A stretch of DNA of 64,000 nucleotides from IMG/VR virus record IMGVR_UViG_3300037424_001651, positions 1 to 64,000 of that record; one strand, 5' to 3'. Position 1 is the first letter of the stretch. Each line of letters starts with the position of its first letter. This document shows positions 17,914 to 25,910 of the stretch, one piece after another. Origin of the DNA: a virus (lineage: Duplodnaviria > Caudoviricetes). The translations under genes were made by a program, and so were the position numbers. Below the pieces are notes generated by a model. The model saw nothing but the letters and a program-made list of their open reading frames with translations, did no database searches and was not told where the DNA came from.

Positions 17914-18624
17914 GTGGACATGGGCAAGGCTCCAAAAACGGATAAGTATGACGAGCTTCTCTCATCACGGGAAGTCACACGGCGGCTTAGCATCGCTTAT
18001 TCCACGCTACGCAAAAAAGTGAATAACGGCGAAATTCCGTCTGTACGCTGTGGCCGGAACTTTCGATTCCGTCGAGGGGACATCGAACAGTACATCGGCG
18101 GCGTCCTCCCATCCCAGCAAGCCCCGGAACTCGTCGCTCGGCCCGAGCCGGACCCCGATCCGGTACCGGCTGCGTCAGAGGAGCCGCTGGACGATAGAAC
18201 ATGGCTCCAGCGCTACGAAGCGGCAGGGCGGCCCGAGTCGTTGCCGCTCGACCTCTTTCTCACGGTACCGGACGCTGCCTTCGACCTCTCGGGCGAGATG
18301 CTCCCTCAGTTCCGAACTGCGGGGCCTGTTGCAGCCGTTATCGTCCGCAACGCACCCCGGAGCTTCCTCGTCTCGGTCTGCTGTGCCGGAAAATGGGAAG
18401 ACGTCGACGACGCCGCCAATACCACCGACGCGCGCTGGCTGGCCTGCGACGCCTTGTGGGCCACGATCCACGACAAGCCACACGCCGTCACGGAAGCCTT
18501 CGTCGAGGATCTGTGTCGTGCCTCCGTCCGTATGCATCGACTCCACGTGGTAGAAGATGCCCAGCTCTGGCGTGATAAATGCAACGAGGCTGAAGAAGGG
18601 TTTGAAGACGACTCGGCTGGGTAG
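17914..18624 (+). CDS. excisionase/MerR-type HTH (HTH_17-like) protein with C-terminal extension
   Basis: LLSSREVTRRLSIAYSTLRKKVNNGEIPSVRCGRNFRFRRGDI. Confidence 0.8.
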   Translation: MDMGKAPKTDKYDELLSSREVTRRLSIAYSTLRKKVNNGEIPSVRCGRNFRFRRGDIEQYIGGVLPSQQAPELVARPEPDPDPVPAASEEPLDDRTWLQRYEAAGRPESLPLDLFLTVPDAAFDLSGEMLPQFRTAGPVAAVIVRNAPRSFLVSVCCAGKWEDVDDAANTTDARWLACDALWATIHDKPHAVTEAFVEDLCRASVRMHRLHVVEDAQLWRDKCNEAEEGFEDDSAG

Positions 18625-18639
18625 CGCCTTGGAGGCAAC

Positions 18640-18960
18640 ATGCCCAAAGTAACTACGAACATCGAGCCGATGGTCGAGAAGCCGAAGAAGGCTGCGGCTA
18701 CATCTCAGAAGACTACATCCCAGAAGAAGTCTACTACTAAAAAGAAAGCACCTAAGAAAGAAGCGGCGGTTTTGATTGTGCCCGTGTGCGATGAGGAGTG
18801 CAATCTTCGCGCGAAATGGAAGGTTGTATCCTGTGACGATCCGGATGAGGACTATCGCTACACCTGCAATCAGCATCTTGGGAAGGTGTGTGAGCAGATT
18901 GTGAAGACCAGCAAAGTCAAGTATAACATCCTCTACCTCAAGGGGACATTTGGTGGGTAA
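18640..18960 (+). CDS. Lys-rich hypothetical protein
   Basis: SD GGAGG; H1-like K/A/T stretch plus Cys/His cluster. Confidence 0.6.
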   Translation: MPKVTTNIEPMVEKPKKAAATSQKTTSQKKSTTKKKAPKKEAAVLIVPVCDEECNLRAKWKVVSCDDPDEDYRYTCNQHLGKVCEQIVKTSKVKYNILYLKGTFGG

Positions 18961-19384
18961 GCAAAAACCCGGGATTCAAAAAGGAGACGGTGATGTGCCA
19001 AAAAAGGTATTCGTGATCGGCGGCAAGGACCGTCTACGGGAATTCGACGTGCGGCGCGACTTGGTTGCAGCAGGCTTCGAGGTCTTCTATGTACCTAAGC
19101 ACGTACCTGATAAGGTCTATGCTGGCCTCGACGCTTTCGTACTGGTCTTTCCGACCGATAATCTTGGCCGCACTCTCGCTGGTTGGCTCATGGGCCGTTG
19201 GCAGCGTCGTGGGTATAAGGACCATCGTGGCGTCTTCTTCCTCAGCGAACGCGAGATCAAGAACGGTGAAGCGCTTCCCGAGAACATGCCAGGCGGTCCC
19301 GAGCGAAACTTTTTCTGCAAGACCATGGACGAAGTGCTTGACGCCTTACGGCGCGACTTACCGGAAGCTCCTGAGTCGGCATAG
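18950..19384 (+). CDS. hypothetical protein, possible flavodoxin-like (NDT/TIR-like) fold
   Basis: KVFVIGG...DAFVLVF alternating beta/alpha pattern; weak. Confidence 0.4.
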   Translation: MVGKQKPGIQKGDGDVPKKVFVIGGKDRLREFDVRRDLVAAGFEVFYVPKHVPDKVYAGLDAFVLVFPTDNLGRTLAGWLMGRWQRRGYKDHRGVFFLSEREIKNGEALPENMPGGPERNFFCKTMDEVLDALRRDLPEAPESA

Positions 19385-19393
19385 AGGTGTGGT

Positions 19394-19954
19394 GTGGCAG
19401 CGCTGTGGGCAACAGGTGATACGCACTTCTGGCACTGGAATATCGGTAGGCCAGACTACTGTAACCGGCCCGACAACTGGCAGGAACTGATCATCGCACG
19501 CTGGAACGAGGTCGTACAACCCGGAGACTGGGTGTTACACGTCGGCGACTTCGCCTTTGGCCGGGACGCCACGTTCAATCGGATCATCGCGACACGCCAG
19601 CGACTCAACGGCCACATCTTGCTTATCTGGGGCAACCACGACCGCATCCTCAAGCCACGTAGATGGCTAGAGAACGTCGGTATCGATGTCATCCTTCGGG
19701 ATCACGGCACTAGCTTTGACATTGGTAAGTACAAGGTTGTATGTCTGCATCAACAGCCTGAAAAATATCCGCCTGAATGGGGAAAGCGCATCATCTTTGC
19801 CAGCCACGCCCCCATCCGGAATCAGGCTCAAATGCCTTATTTTTACGGCCACATCCACAATAATGAAGACACAGCGCAGTTTCCCGGGTGCTGCCTTTGC
19901 GTCGAGGTGACGGATTACAGGCCTGTATGCATTGCTCGGGATATTGATGCTTGA
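19394..19954 (+). CDS. calcineurin-like metallophosphoesterase
   Basis: DTHF, GDF, GNHD, SHAP, GHIH motifs. Confidence 0.92.
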   Translation: MAALWATGDTHFWHWNIGRPDYCNRPDNWQELIIARWNEVVQPGDWVLHVGDFAFGRDATFNRIIATRQRLNGHILLIWGNHDRILKPRRWLENVGIDVILRDHGTSFDIGKYKVVCLHQQPEKYPPEWGKRIIFASHAPIRNQAQMPYFYGHIHNNEDTAQFPGCCLCVEVTDYRPVCIARDIDA

Positions 19955-19979
19955 CACCAGAATGACACCACGGTATGTT
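19951..19979 (+). promoter_or_regulatory. sigma70-like promoter with GACACCA direct repeat
   Basis: TTGACA-17 nt-TATGTT. Confidence 0.6.
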
Positions 19980-19997
19980 GCGATTAAGGAGATGCAC

Positions 19998-20156
19998 ATG
20001 GCGGCGCAAGAAGAGAAGCGATTCACGTTTCGTGTTCCGCTGAAGCTTTATAAGAAGATCAAGCGGGCCGCAGAAAAGGAGCACCGTCCCCTCAATCAGT
20101 GGCTCATCGTACACCTCAAAGATCTGCTCAAGCAGCCGGTGCGTTATGGGAGCTAG
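19998..20156 (+). CDS. Arc/ribbon-helix-helix protein
   Basis: RFTFRVPLKLYKKIKRAAEKEHRPLNQWL. Confidence 0.8.
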   Translation: MAAQEEKRFTFRVPLKLYKKIKRAAEKEHRPLNQWLIVHLKDLLKQPVRYGS

Positions 20157-20157
20157 T

Positions 20158-20517
20158 ATGGATTACGAACAATACTTGACACGTATCGTCGATGAGGGCA
20201 TCGCAGCCGCCAAGACGGACTACACGAAAGAAAGTGACAAGGACAGGCTCAAGGGATCAGTTGAAGGCTTCGAGGCATGCCGCGGGAAGTCACCTGCTGA
20301 ACTCAAAACTCTACTCGTCACAGCCAGCGAACGTGTAAAGCAAGCGTACCTCGACGAAGCCGAGAACTACTTCGAGATCCGTTGTTACGAGGCCGAGGTC
20401 GAATGGGTTTGTAACTGCGTCAGCGCGATTCTCATGCATGAGGGTCAACCAGTGATCGTGCCGCCGACCGCGCGTGGCGTGATGAAGGCGGCCGAGGTTG
20501 TGGGCGTGCGCGAGTGA
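20158..20517 (+). CDS. hypothetical protein
   Basis: Coding-like. Confidence 0.65.
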   Translation: MDYEQYLTRIVDEGIAAAKTDYTKESDKDRLKGSVEGFEACRGKSPAELKTLLVTASERVKQAYLDEAENYFEIRCYEAEVEWVCNCVSAILMHEGQPVIVPPTARGVMKAAEVVGVRE

Positions 20518-20732
20518 TTGATATGCCTGACGCGATAAACACGGCGACAGCCAAAGATCAACTTGTGGGTGAGGCTGTGGAGCATGTGAAAAGGTATCGC
20601 AACAATCAAAGATGCGAAGGTGATCCTGAAACATGCGCGCCAAAATGGATGACGTGCCCCGTCGCTAAACTATGTCCGGCAGTTTTTCGTTGGCTGAACG
20701 AGGTCGACGACCGGACTCGCGAGAGGTAAGCG

Positions 20733-21165
20733 ATGACCACCCGTCGCCCCAAGCGCCTCAGCGAGATCCTGCCCGACCCGGCCGACCGGGACGCGGTGGT
20801 GAAGTGGATACTCGACCAGGACGACTGTGAAAGAGAGCACCTGATGAGACGAAGACAAAAATTGGATGTGTGGAGCTTACCTGATCATGTTCTTGACGGA
20901 TTGCTTATTCGCAAACTGTACGAGCTTGATGAACCTGGGTTGCTCGCACTAGACAAAGAACTTCTCGAAGGCGATGTGAAGGCTACGCAACGCAGTTCAC
21001 GAAACCACCGCTTGCACTCTACGACCGTGATAAGTGCCTCCAGATCCTCATGGACCGAGACGGCATGAGCTACGACGAGGCTGAGGAGTTCTTCAGCTTT
21101 AATTGCGAAGGTGCGTGGGTTGGTGAGAATACACCACTCATCGCGAAGCTGGGGGGCGCGGATTG
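20733..21165 (+). pseudogene. frameshifted phage gene (C-terminal part in another frame)
   Basis: Startless frame encodes GYATQF...ALYDRDKCLQILMDRDGMSYDEAEEFFSFNCEGAWVGENTP. Confidence 0.45.
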
Positions 21166-21888
21166 ATGGATCGTAAAGATGAAGTACTGATCGGCATCCC
21201 GCCCGAGATGTTACTGGGTGTGCACGCCGTGTACCAGTTATACGGTGCTGTGGATCGTGAGATCGAGGAGATGCTCCAGGTCGTTTCGCCACGGATTGCG
21301 GCTTTCTGTGCACCTATGTGGACAGCCCTGCATGCCGTTGTGCGCAGTGTTGCGCTCGACCAGACGGAAGGCCGTGAGCAGTGGGAGTTTGCCTTCTATG
21401 TGCCCAAGCTGGAGATCACGCCCGATTTTCGGTGTTCGCTTCCGACCCGCTTGACAGTGGGTTGCCCTTCCGATCCGCTGGAGGAGCCGCGGCACGAGTC
21501 ATTCGACGTATCGCCGGACGCGACGCTGGACTGGATCCTTGGTTGGCTTGGGCCGCGGCGTGCTGTCGCGGCTGCCGACCCGACGCTGCGTGCCAAGGAT
21601 CAGATCGAGTGTGAGTTGTGGCTTGTCACATTTCCGATCCGTGACGAGCGCATCGATCTCACATGCCCGATCACGGTCAAGTTGCCCGATGATCGTGTCG
21701 AGGTTCTGGAATATCCAGCGGACACGGTACTGACGGTTGCATCCATCATCAGCCGCGTGTACACCAAGCTCGTGATGAAGAAGTACCCGTGGCTCATGAC
21801 GACTTTTGCTTCGGCGGGCATATTTCTGTCGACAACGGTGGGGCTGATGACCAAAGTTTTGTATAGGAAGGCGCAGGCGCAAGGATGA
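21166..21888 (+). CDS. hypothetical protein, C-terminal TM
   Basis: ORF track. Confidence 0.6.
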   Translation: MDRKDEVLIGIPPEMLLGVHAVYQLYGAVDREIEEMLQVVSPRIAAFCAPMWTALHAVVRSVALDQTEGREQWEFAFYVPKLEITPDFRCSLPTRLTVGCPSDPLEEPRHESFDVSPDATLDWILGWLGPRRAVAAADPTLRAKDQIECELWLVTFPIRDERIDLTCPITVKLPDDRVEVLEYPADTVLTVASIISRVYTKLVMKKYPWLMTTFASAGIFLSTTVGLMTKVLYRKAQAQG

Positions 21889-22112
21889 AGTTCAAGGAGC
21901 CAAGTGGCGGCGTGCAGGTTGCTGTGATGAACCTGATCAAGGATCACGCCAAGACACCAGAAGAACTGAAGCGGGCGCTGGACCATGATCACCCGAATGC
22001 TGAGTGGACGTTCGATGATGTGCTCAAGTGCTTGTGCTTCTTGGAGCAACACAACCGAGTTCGTAGTACCAGACGCGAGAGCGGTGGTTACGAGTTCAAG
22101 AAGGAGGAATAA
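21885..22112 (+). CDS. small winged-helix-like protein
   Basis: ATGA overlap; helix pattern ending in a wing-like hairpin. Confidence 0.45.
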   Translation: MKFKEPSGGVQVAVMNLIKDHAKTPEELKRALDHDHPNAEWTFDDVLKCLCFLEQHNRVRSTRRESGGYEFKKEE

Positions 22113-22113
22113 T

Positions 22114-22419
22114 ATGTCCGATCCTGCACAGACGATGGCGCACGCTGAGGCGATGGTGGGTCCGATCCGTGAATTGCTCAACGTCAACGGCTTGACGAAC
22201 AGTCAGGCGTTGTTGGCACTGGCAGTCACCTTCGATTCGGTCCTATCTTCGACGCAGGGCGTGCAGACGTCGGTCGAGGTCAAAGATGCGATGCATGATA
22301 CGCTGCGCAAGCTTTGTGAGGCGTCTTCGGTGAACGCCGTGCTGGAGGCGACGTCGAGCTTCATGGTCGACGCGACGCGTTCTGTCATCCTCGTGACCGA
22401 GCAGGCCCCTACGCAGTGA
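22114..22419 (+). CDS. hypothetical protein
   Basis: SD AAGGAGG + ATG. Confidence 0.6.
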   Translation: MSDPAQTMAHAEAMVGPIRELLNVNGLTNSQALLALAVTFDSVLSSTQGVQTSVEVKDAMHDTLRKLCEASSVNAVLEATSSFMVDATRSVILVTEQAPTQ

Positions 22420-23318
22420 TGGCCGCTGTTAAAGCGACATCGCCCAATCCTCCTCCTGTTCTGGAGGGTGTGGTCGTACGGTTCCGTTTCCGCAAACAGG
22501 AGACGGGCTGGGGCGTAGTCGAGCTGCGCGCCATCAATGGAAAACACTACACCGTGACCGGCGTGTTTCCTTCAGTTCAGGAGGGTGACCGTATCGAGGT
22601 GCGCGGCGAGTGGGTGGCTACACAACGCTGGGGTACGGAGTTCAAGGCCAGGGAGTTCACGCTCAAATTCGGTGAGGAGGGGCTGTATCAGTTCCTTCGA
22701 CGGCTTGAACAGATCGGTCCGAAGCGCGCACGTGCCATCATGGACCGTTTCGGCGACGCTGTGCTCGACGTGATCAAAGACACGCCCGAACGTTTGCTGG
22801 AGATTCCAGGGATCACCGCGGATCGTGTGTCGCTGGTACAAGCCACTTATGCCAAGCTGCAAGAAGAGCAGGAAGCGCTTTTGTTTTTGCAGAGCTTGAA
22901 GCTGTCTTCCAACCAGATCGATAGGCTTTTGCGTGTTCACACCGGATCGAAGCTGCGTGCGGCTATCGAGGCCAATCCGTATCAGCTTGTCGGGCATGGT
23001 GGTATCACCTTCCGGTTGGCAGATGGTATGGCGCAGCGGCTCGGTCATGCCCTGGATAGTCCTTATCGGATTCGCGCGGGTTGCTTGCACACCATTCGAG
23101 GCGTGCAGCGCCGCGGCCACTCGTATAGCGTGCGTGAGGACTTCGTCGCCGAGGTAAATTATTTATTGAACGTCGAGGCAGACAAGATCGAGAAACAACT
23201 GGATCCGCTCGCTGTCGACAGTTTGCTGATCTTGCAAGGTGATCGTGTATACGGGCCGCAGCTTTATCGAGCTGAGCAGGACGTCGCGTTCAACTTGCGT
23301 AGACTGCGCCGAGGGTAG
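22416..23318 (+). CDS. recD2: RecD2 N-terminal half (OB + HhH + HHH_RecD2)
   Basis: GEWVATQRWGTEF, IGPKRARAI..FG, LLEIPGI, NPYQL..GITFRLAD, LYRAE. Confidence 0.88.
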   Translation: MMAAVKATSPNPPPVLEGVVVRFRFRKQETGWGVVELRAINGKHYTVTGVFPSVQEGDRIEVRGEWVATQRWGTEFKAREFTLKFGEEGLYQFLRRLEQIGPKRARAIMDRFGDAVLDVIKDTPERLLEIPGITADRVSLVQATYAKLQEEQEALLFLQSLKLSSNQIDRLLRVHTGSKLRAAIEANPYQLVGHGGITFRLADGMAQRLGHALDSPYRIRAGCLHTIRGVQRRGHSYSVREDFVAEVNYLLNVEADKIEKQLDPLAVDSLLILQGDRVYGPQLYRAEQDVAFNLRRLRRG

Positions 23319-23321
23319 CAG

Positions 23322-23525
23322 ATGCAGATAAAACGAGGGCGGCGGGCCTGGCGTTGCCGTCATCATGATCGCGATGAGTACGGCCGTGGGCTGTGCCATG
23401 ATTGTTACACGCGGCAATGGCGGCACGACGATCCGGATGCGCCGCGCTGTACTGTGCACGCAGATCGCCCATCGCGTTCCCGAGGCTTATGCGGCGAGTG
23501 TCTGCAAGGGGAGTGGCACTGTTGA
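23322..23525 (+). CDS. 67-aa Cys/His tandem-repeat protein
   Basis: Two repeats CxxH..R....RGLCxxC. Confidence 0.6.
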   Translation: MQIKRGRRAWRCRHHDRDEYGRGLCHDCYTRQWRHDDPDAPRCTVHADRPSRSRGLCGECLQGEWHC

Positions 23526-24763
23526 TCGACGTTCAATTCACTGCGGAGCAGCTACGCGCTGTTGAACTTGCGCTGTGCGAGCCTGTGAGCATCCTCACGG
23601 GCGGCCCGGGGACAGGGAAGACCACGGTCTGTCGTAAGATTGTGGAGGAGTTCCGAGCGGCGCGAAAGCGCGTGCTGTGCGCCGCGCCGACCGGGAAGGC
23701 GAGCCGACGGTTACAAGAACAGACAGGCTTCGCCTCTACCATTCACCGCTTGCTGGAATGGAGTCATCAGGAATCCGGGTTCACGCGCGACAACATGAAT
23801 CCACTCCAGGCCGATGCAGTTATCGTGGATGAGGCGTCCATGATCGACGTGGTGCTCATGGCATCGCTTCTGGACGCTATTGCGACTGGTACGCATCTTA
23901 TCGTGGTGGGGGACGCAGATCAGTTACCCCCGGTGGGGCCAGGTAGTGTGCTGCGTGATATGATCGCCTCTGGGATCATCCCAGTCACCCGGCTGACGGT
24001 GGTGCAGCGTTTCAAGGAGTCCGAGCGGCTGAAGGTGAACGCGCACCGTATCGTAAAGGGCGACGCGCTTTACCTGGATCGCCACAACAACGACGACTTC
24101 TTTTTCATGGAGCGCGAGGACCTGCAGCAAGCTGCGGATACAATTGTGAACCTCGTGACGAAGATCATTCCACGTCGCCATCAGTTCGACCCGGTGAACG
24201 ACGTGCAGGTGCTCTGCCCCATGAAAAAAGGCATCCTCGGGGTACACAACCTCAACGAGTTGTTGCGCGAGCGCCTCAACCCCGAAGAGTATGGGATGCC
24301 GGTTGCGAAGGTGTCGACGTACAACGTCGACAAGGATGTTTCTACCATCCGGACTTTTCGCATGGGCGACAAGGTCATGCAGATGCGCAACAACTACAAA
24401 ATCGGTGTCTTTAACGGTGAGGTAGGTCGTATTACGGCCATCGACACAGGAAAGCTGACTACGGTTACCTTCGACGAGCAAGACAAGTTCTATGACTTCC
24501 ATGCACTCAAGGAGCTTCAGCTTTGTTACGCTTCGACGGTACACAAGAGCCAAGGCTCGGAGTATCCCTGTGTCATCCTCGTGATGCACAACACGCACTG
24601 GAACATGCTTTTCAGGGCGCTGCTCTATACCGGCGTCACACGCGCCAAGAAGGTGGTCTACATCGTGGGCAACAAGCGTGGCCTCTACCAAGCTCTGAGT
24701 AACGACAGGCCTGTGCTGCGCAGAACGAGCTTGACTGAACGACTTCTAGAGGGTGCGTCATGA
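23513..24763 (+). CDS. recD2: RecD2 C-terminal SF1B helicase half
   Basis: GGPGTGKTT, DEASM, GDADQL, YASTVHKSQGSEY, LLYTGVTR; GTG 23513 with SD AAGGGGA. Confidence 0.92.
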   Translation: MALLIDVQFTAEQLRAVELALCEPVSILTGGPGTGKTTVCRKIVEEFRAARKRVLCAAPTGKASRRLQEQTGFASTIHRLLEWSHQESGFTRDNMNPLQADAVIVDEASMIDVVLMASLLDAIATGTHLIVVGDADQLPPVGPGSVLRDMIASGIIPVTRLTVVQRFKESERLKVNAHRIVKGDALYLDRHNNDDFFFMEREDLQQAADTIVNLVTKIIPRRHQFDPVNDVQVLCPMKKGILGVHNLNELLRERLNPEEYGMPVAKVSTYNVDKDVSTIRTFRMGDKVMQMRNNYKIGVFNGEVGRITAIDTGKLTTVTFDEQDKFYDFHALKELQLCYASTVHKSQGSEYPCVILVMHNTHWNMLFRALLYTGVTRAKKVVYIVGNKRGLYQALSNDRPVLRRTSLTERLLEGAS

Positions 24764-25236
24764 GGCAGGGTAAGGGCCAAGTGGTGCGGCGCATCACGGT
24801 CGAGTGGGAAGACGGCGACACTGAATACATCGAGGGCAATGATGCTGTGCGGTGGTGGTCGATCATCGACACTATCGTGCGGATGCACATAGCGGCGAAC
24901 CCGAATACGCCGGAGCGCCGCAACTTCGGCGGTACATGGAAGAAGGTTGGCGATGGCGAAGACTAAGTCCACGAAGCGCCGCCACCGCCGCGTCCCGTTG
25001 CCACAATACCGGAACCGATCTCGTGCGCGCGGAGGTTTGCGTGATGGCGCATGTGAAAACAGGAGATCCTTTCATCGATGCCGTCTTCGACGGGATCGAA
25101 ACTGAGGACATGGCGGACGCGGACGGGGAATATCCGCTGGTCTTCCAGTGTCCACAGTGCGGATGCTTGCCGTACGTCTATCGGTCTGCGCACCCCGAGA
25201 ACGGCGTCGCGTGTCCACAGTGCGGAAGGAGCAGTG

Positions 25237-25800
25237 ATGCACTTCGACATCGCTAAGCACACGATCTTCAAGACGGTGACTGGGAGCCACGCCTACGGGT
25301 TGGCCACGCCGGAGTCCGACACGGACTACCGCGGCGTATGCGTGCCGCCGCAGGTGTTGGTGCTCTCGCCGTTCAAGAACTTCGAGCAGTACGAGGGTGA
25401 CCCCGCATCGGATGACGACACGGTCATCTACAGCATCCTGAAGTTCGTCAAGCTGGCGTCCGAGGCGAACCCATCGTTGCTGGAGCTTTTCTACATCGAC
25501 GAGCGCCACTGGGTCCAGACCACGCCGTGGTGGGATACGCTGTACGAGCACCGAGATTGGTTTCTCTCGACGCGGGTCGTGCACGCGTTCAGCGGCTATG
25601 CAGCCGCGCAGTTAAAGCGGATGCGTAACCACGCCCGCTGGATAGAGAACCCGCCCACAGAGCCGAAGCCCGAGGACTTCAATCTGACGCACGCAATGCT
25701 GCTTGGCAAAGACGAGATCGGGGCCTACGACTGGCTCAACGAACAAGAGGTCGGGCACTTCCGGTCCGTGACGGTCATCTTACCTGTGGTGAGAAGCTAG
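25237..25800 (+). CDS. RlaP-like Pol-beta nucleotidyltransferase, apparently truncated or frameshifted
   Basis: GSHAYGLATPESDTDYRG, KFVKLA..ANP, FSGYA..Q; helical C-terminal region missing. Confidence 0.8.
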   Translation: MHFDIAKHTIFKTVTGSHAYGLATPESDTDYRGVCVPPQVLVLSPFKNFEQYEGDPASDDDTVIYSILKFVKLASEANPSLLELFYIDERHWVQTTPWWDTLYEHRDWFLSTRVVHAFSGYAAAQLKRMRNHARWIENPPTEPKPEDFNLTHAMLLGKDEIGAYDWLNEQEVGHFRSVTVILPVVRS

Positions 25801-25856
25801 AAGGAATCGATTTCCTTACACAGGAGATCATGCAGGACTTCTGGCGCAACCGCTAG

Positions 25857-25872
25857 TTGTCCCTGACCCTGC
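25857..25872 (+). repeat. dispersed intergenic motif, copy 2
   Basis: TTGTCCCTGACCCTGC. Confidence 0.85.
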
Positions 25873-25910
25873 ATCGGTTGTAGGTGTAGTGTGGTGCGCA
25901 GGAGGCGCGT

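Noticed and set aside
17914-18100. Excisionase-like HTH as proof of a temperate lifestyle
   Set aside because: No integrase, att-like duplication or CI/Cro pair in the window. HTH_17-like domains also occur as plain regulators.
23316-23512. Self-splicing intron in recD2
   Set aside because: No recognisable group I core or group II domain V. The segment is a coding repeat ORF, and the downstream half has its own SD and start.
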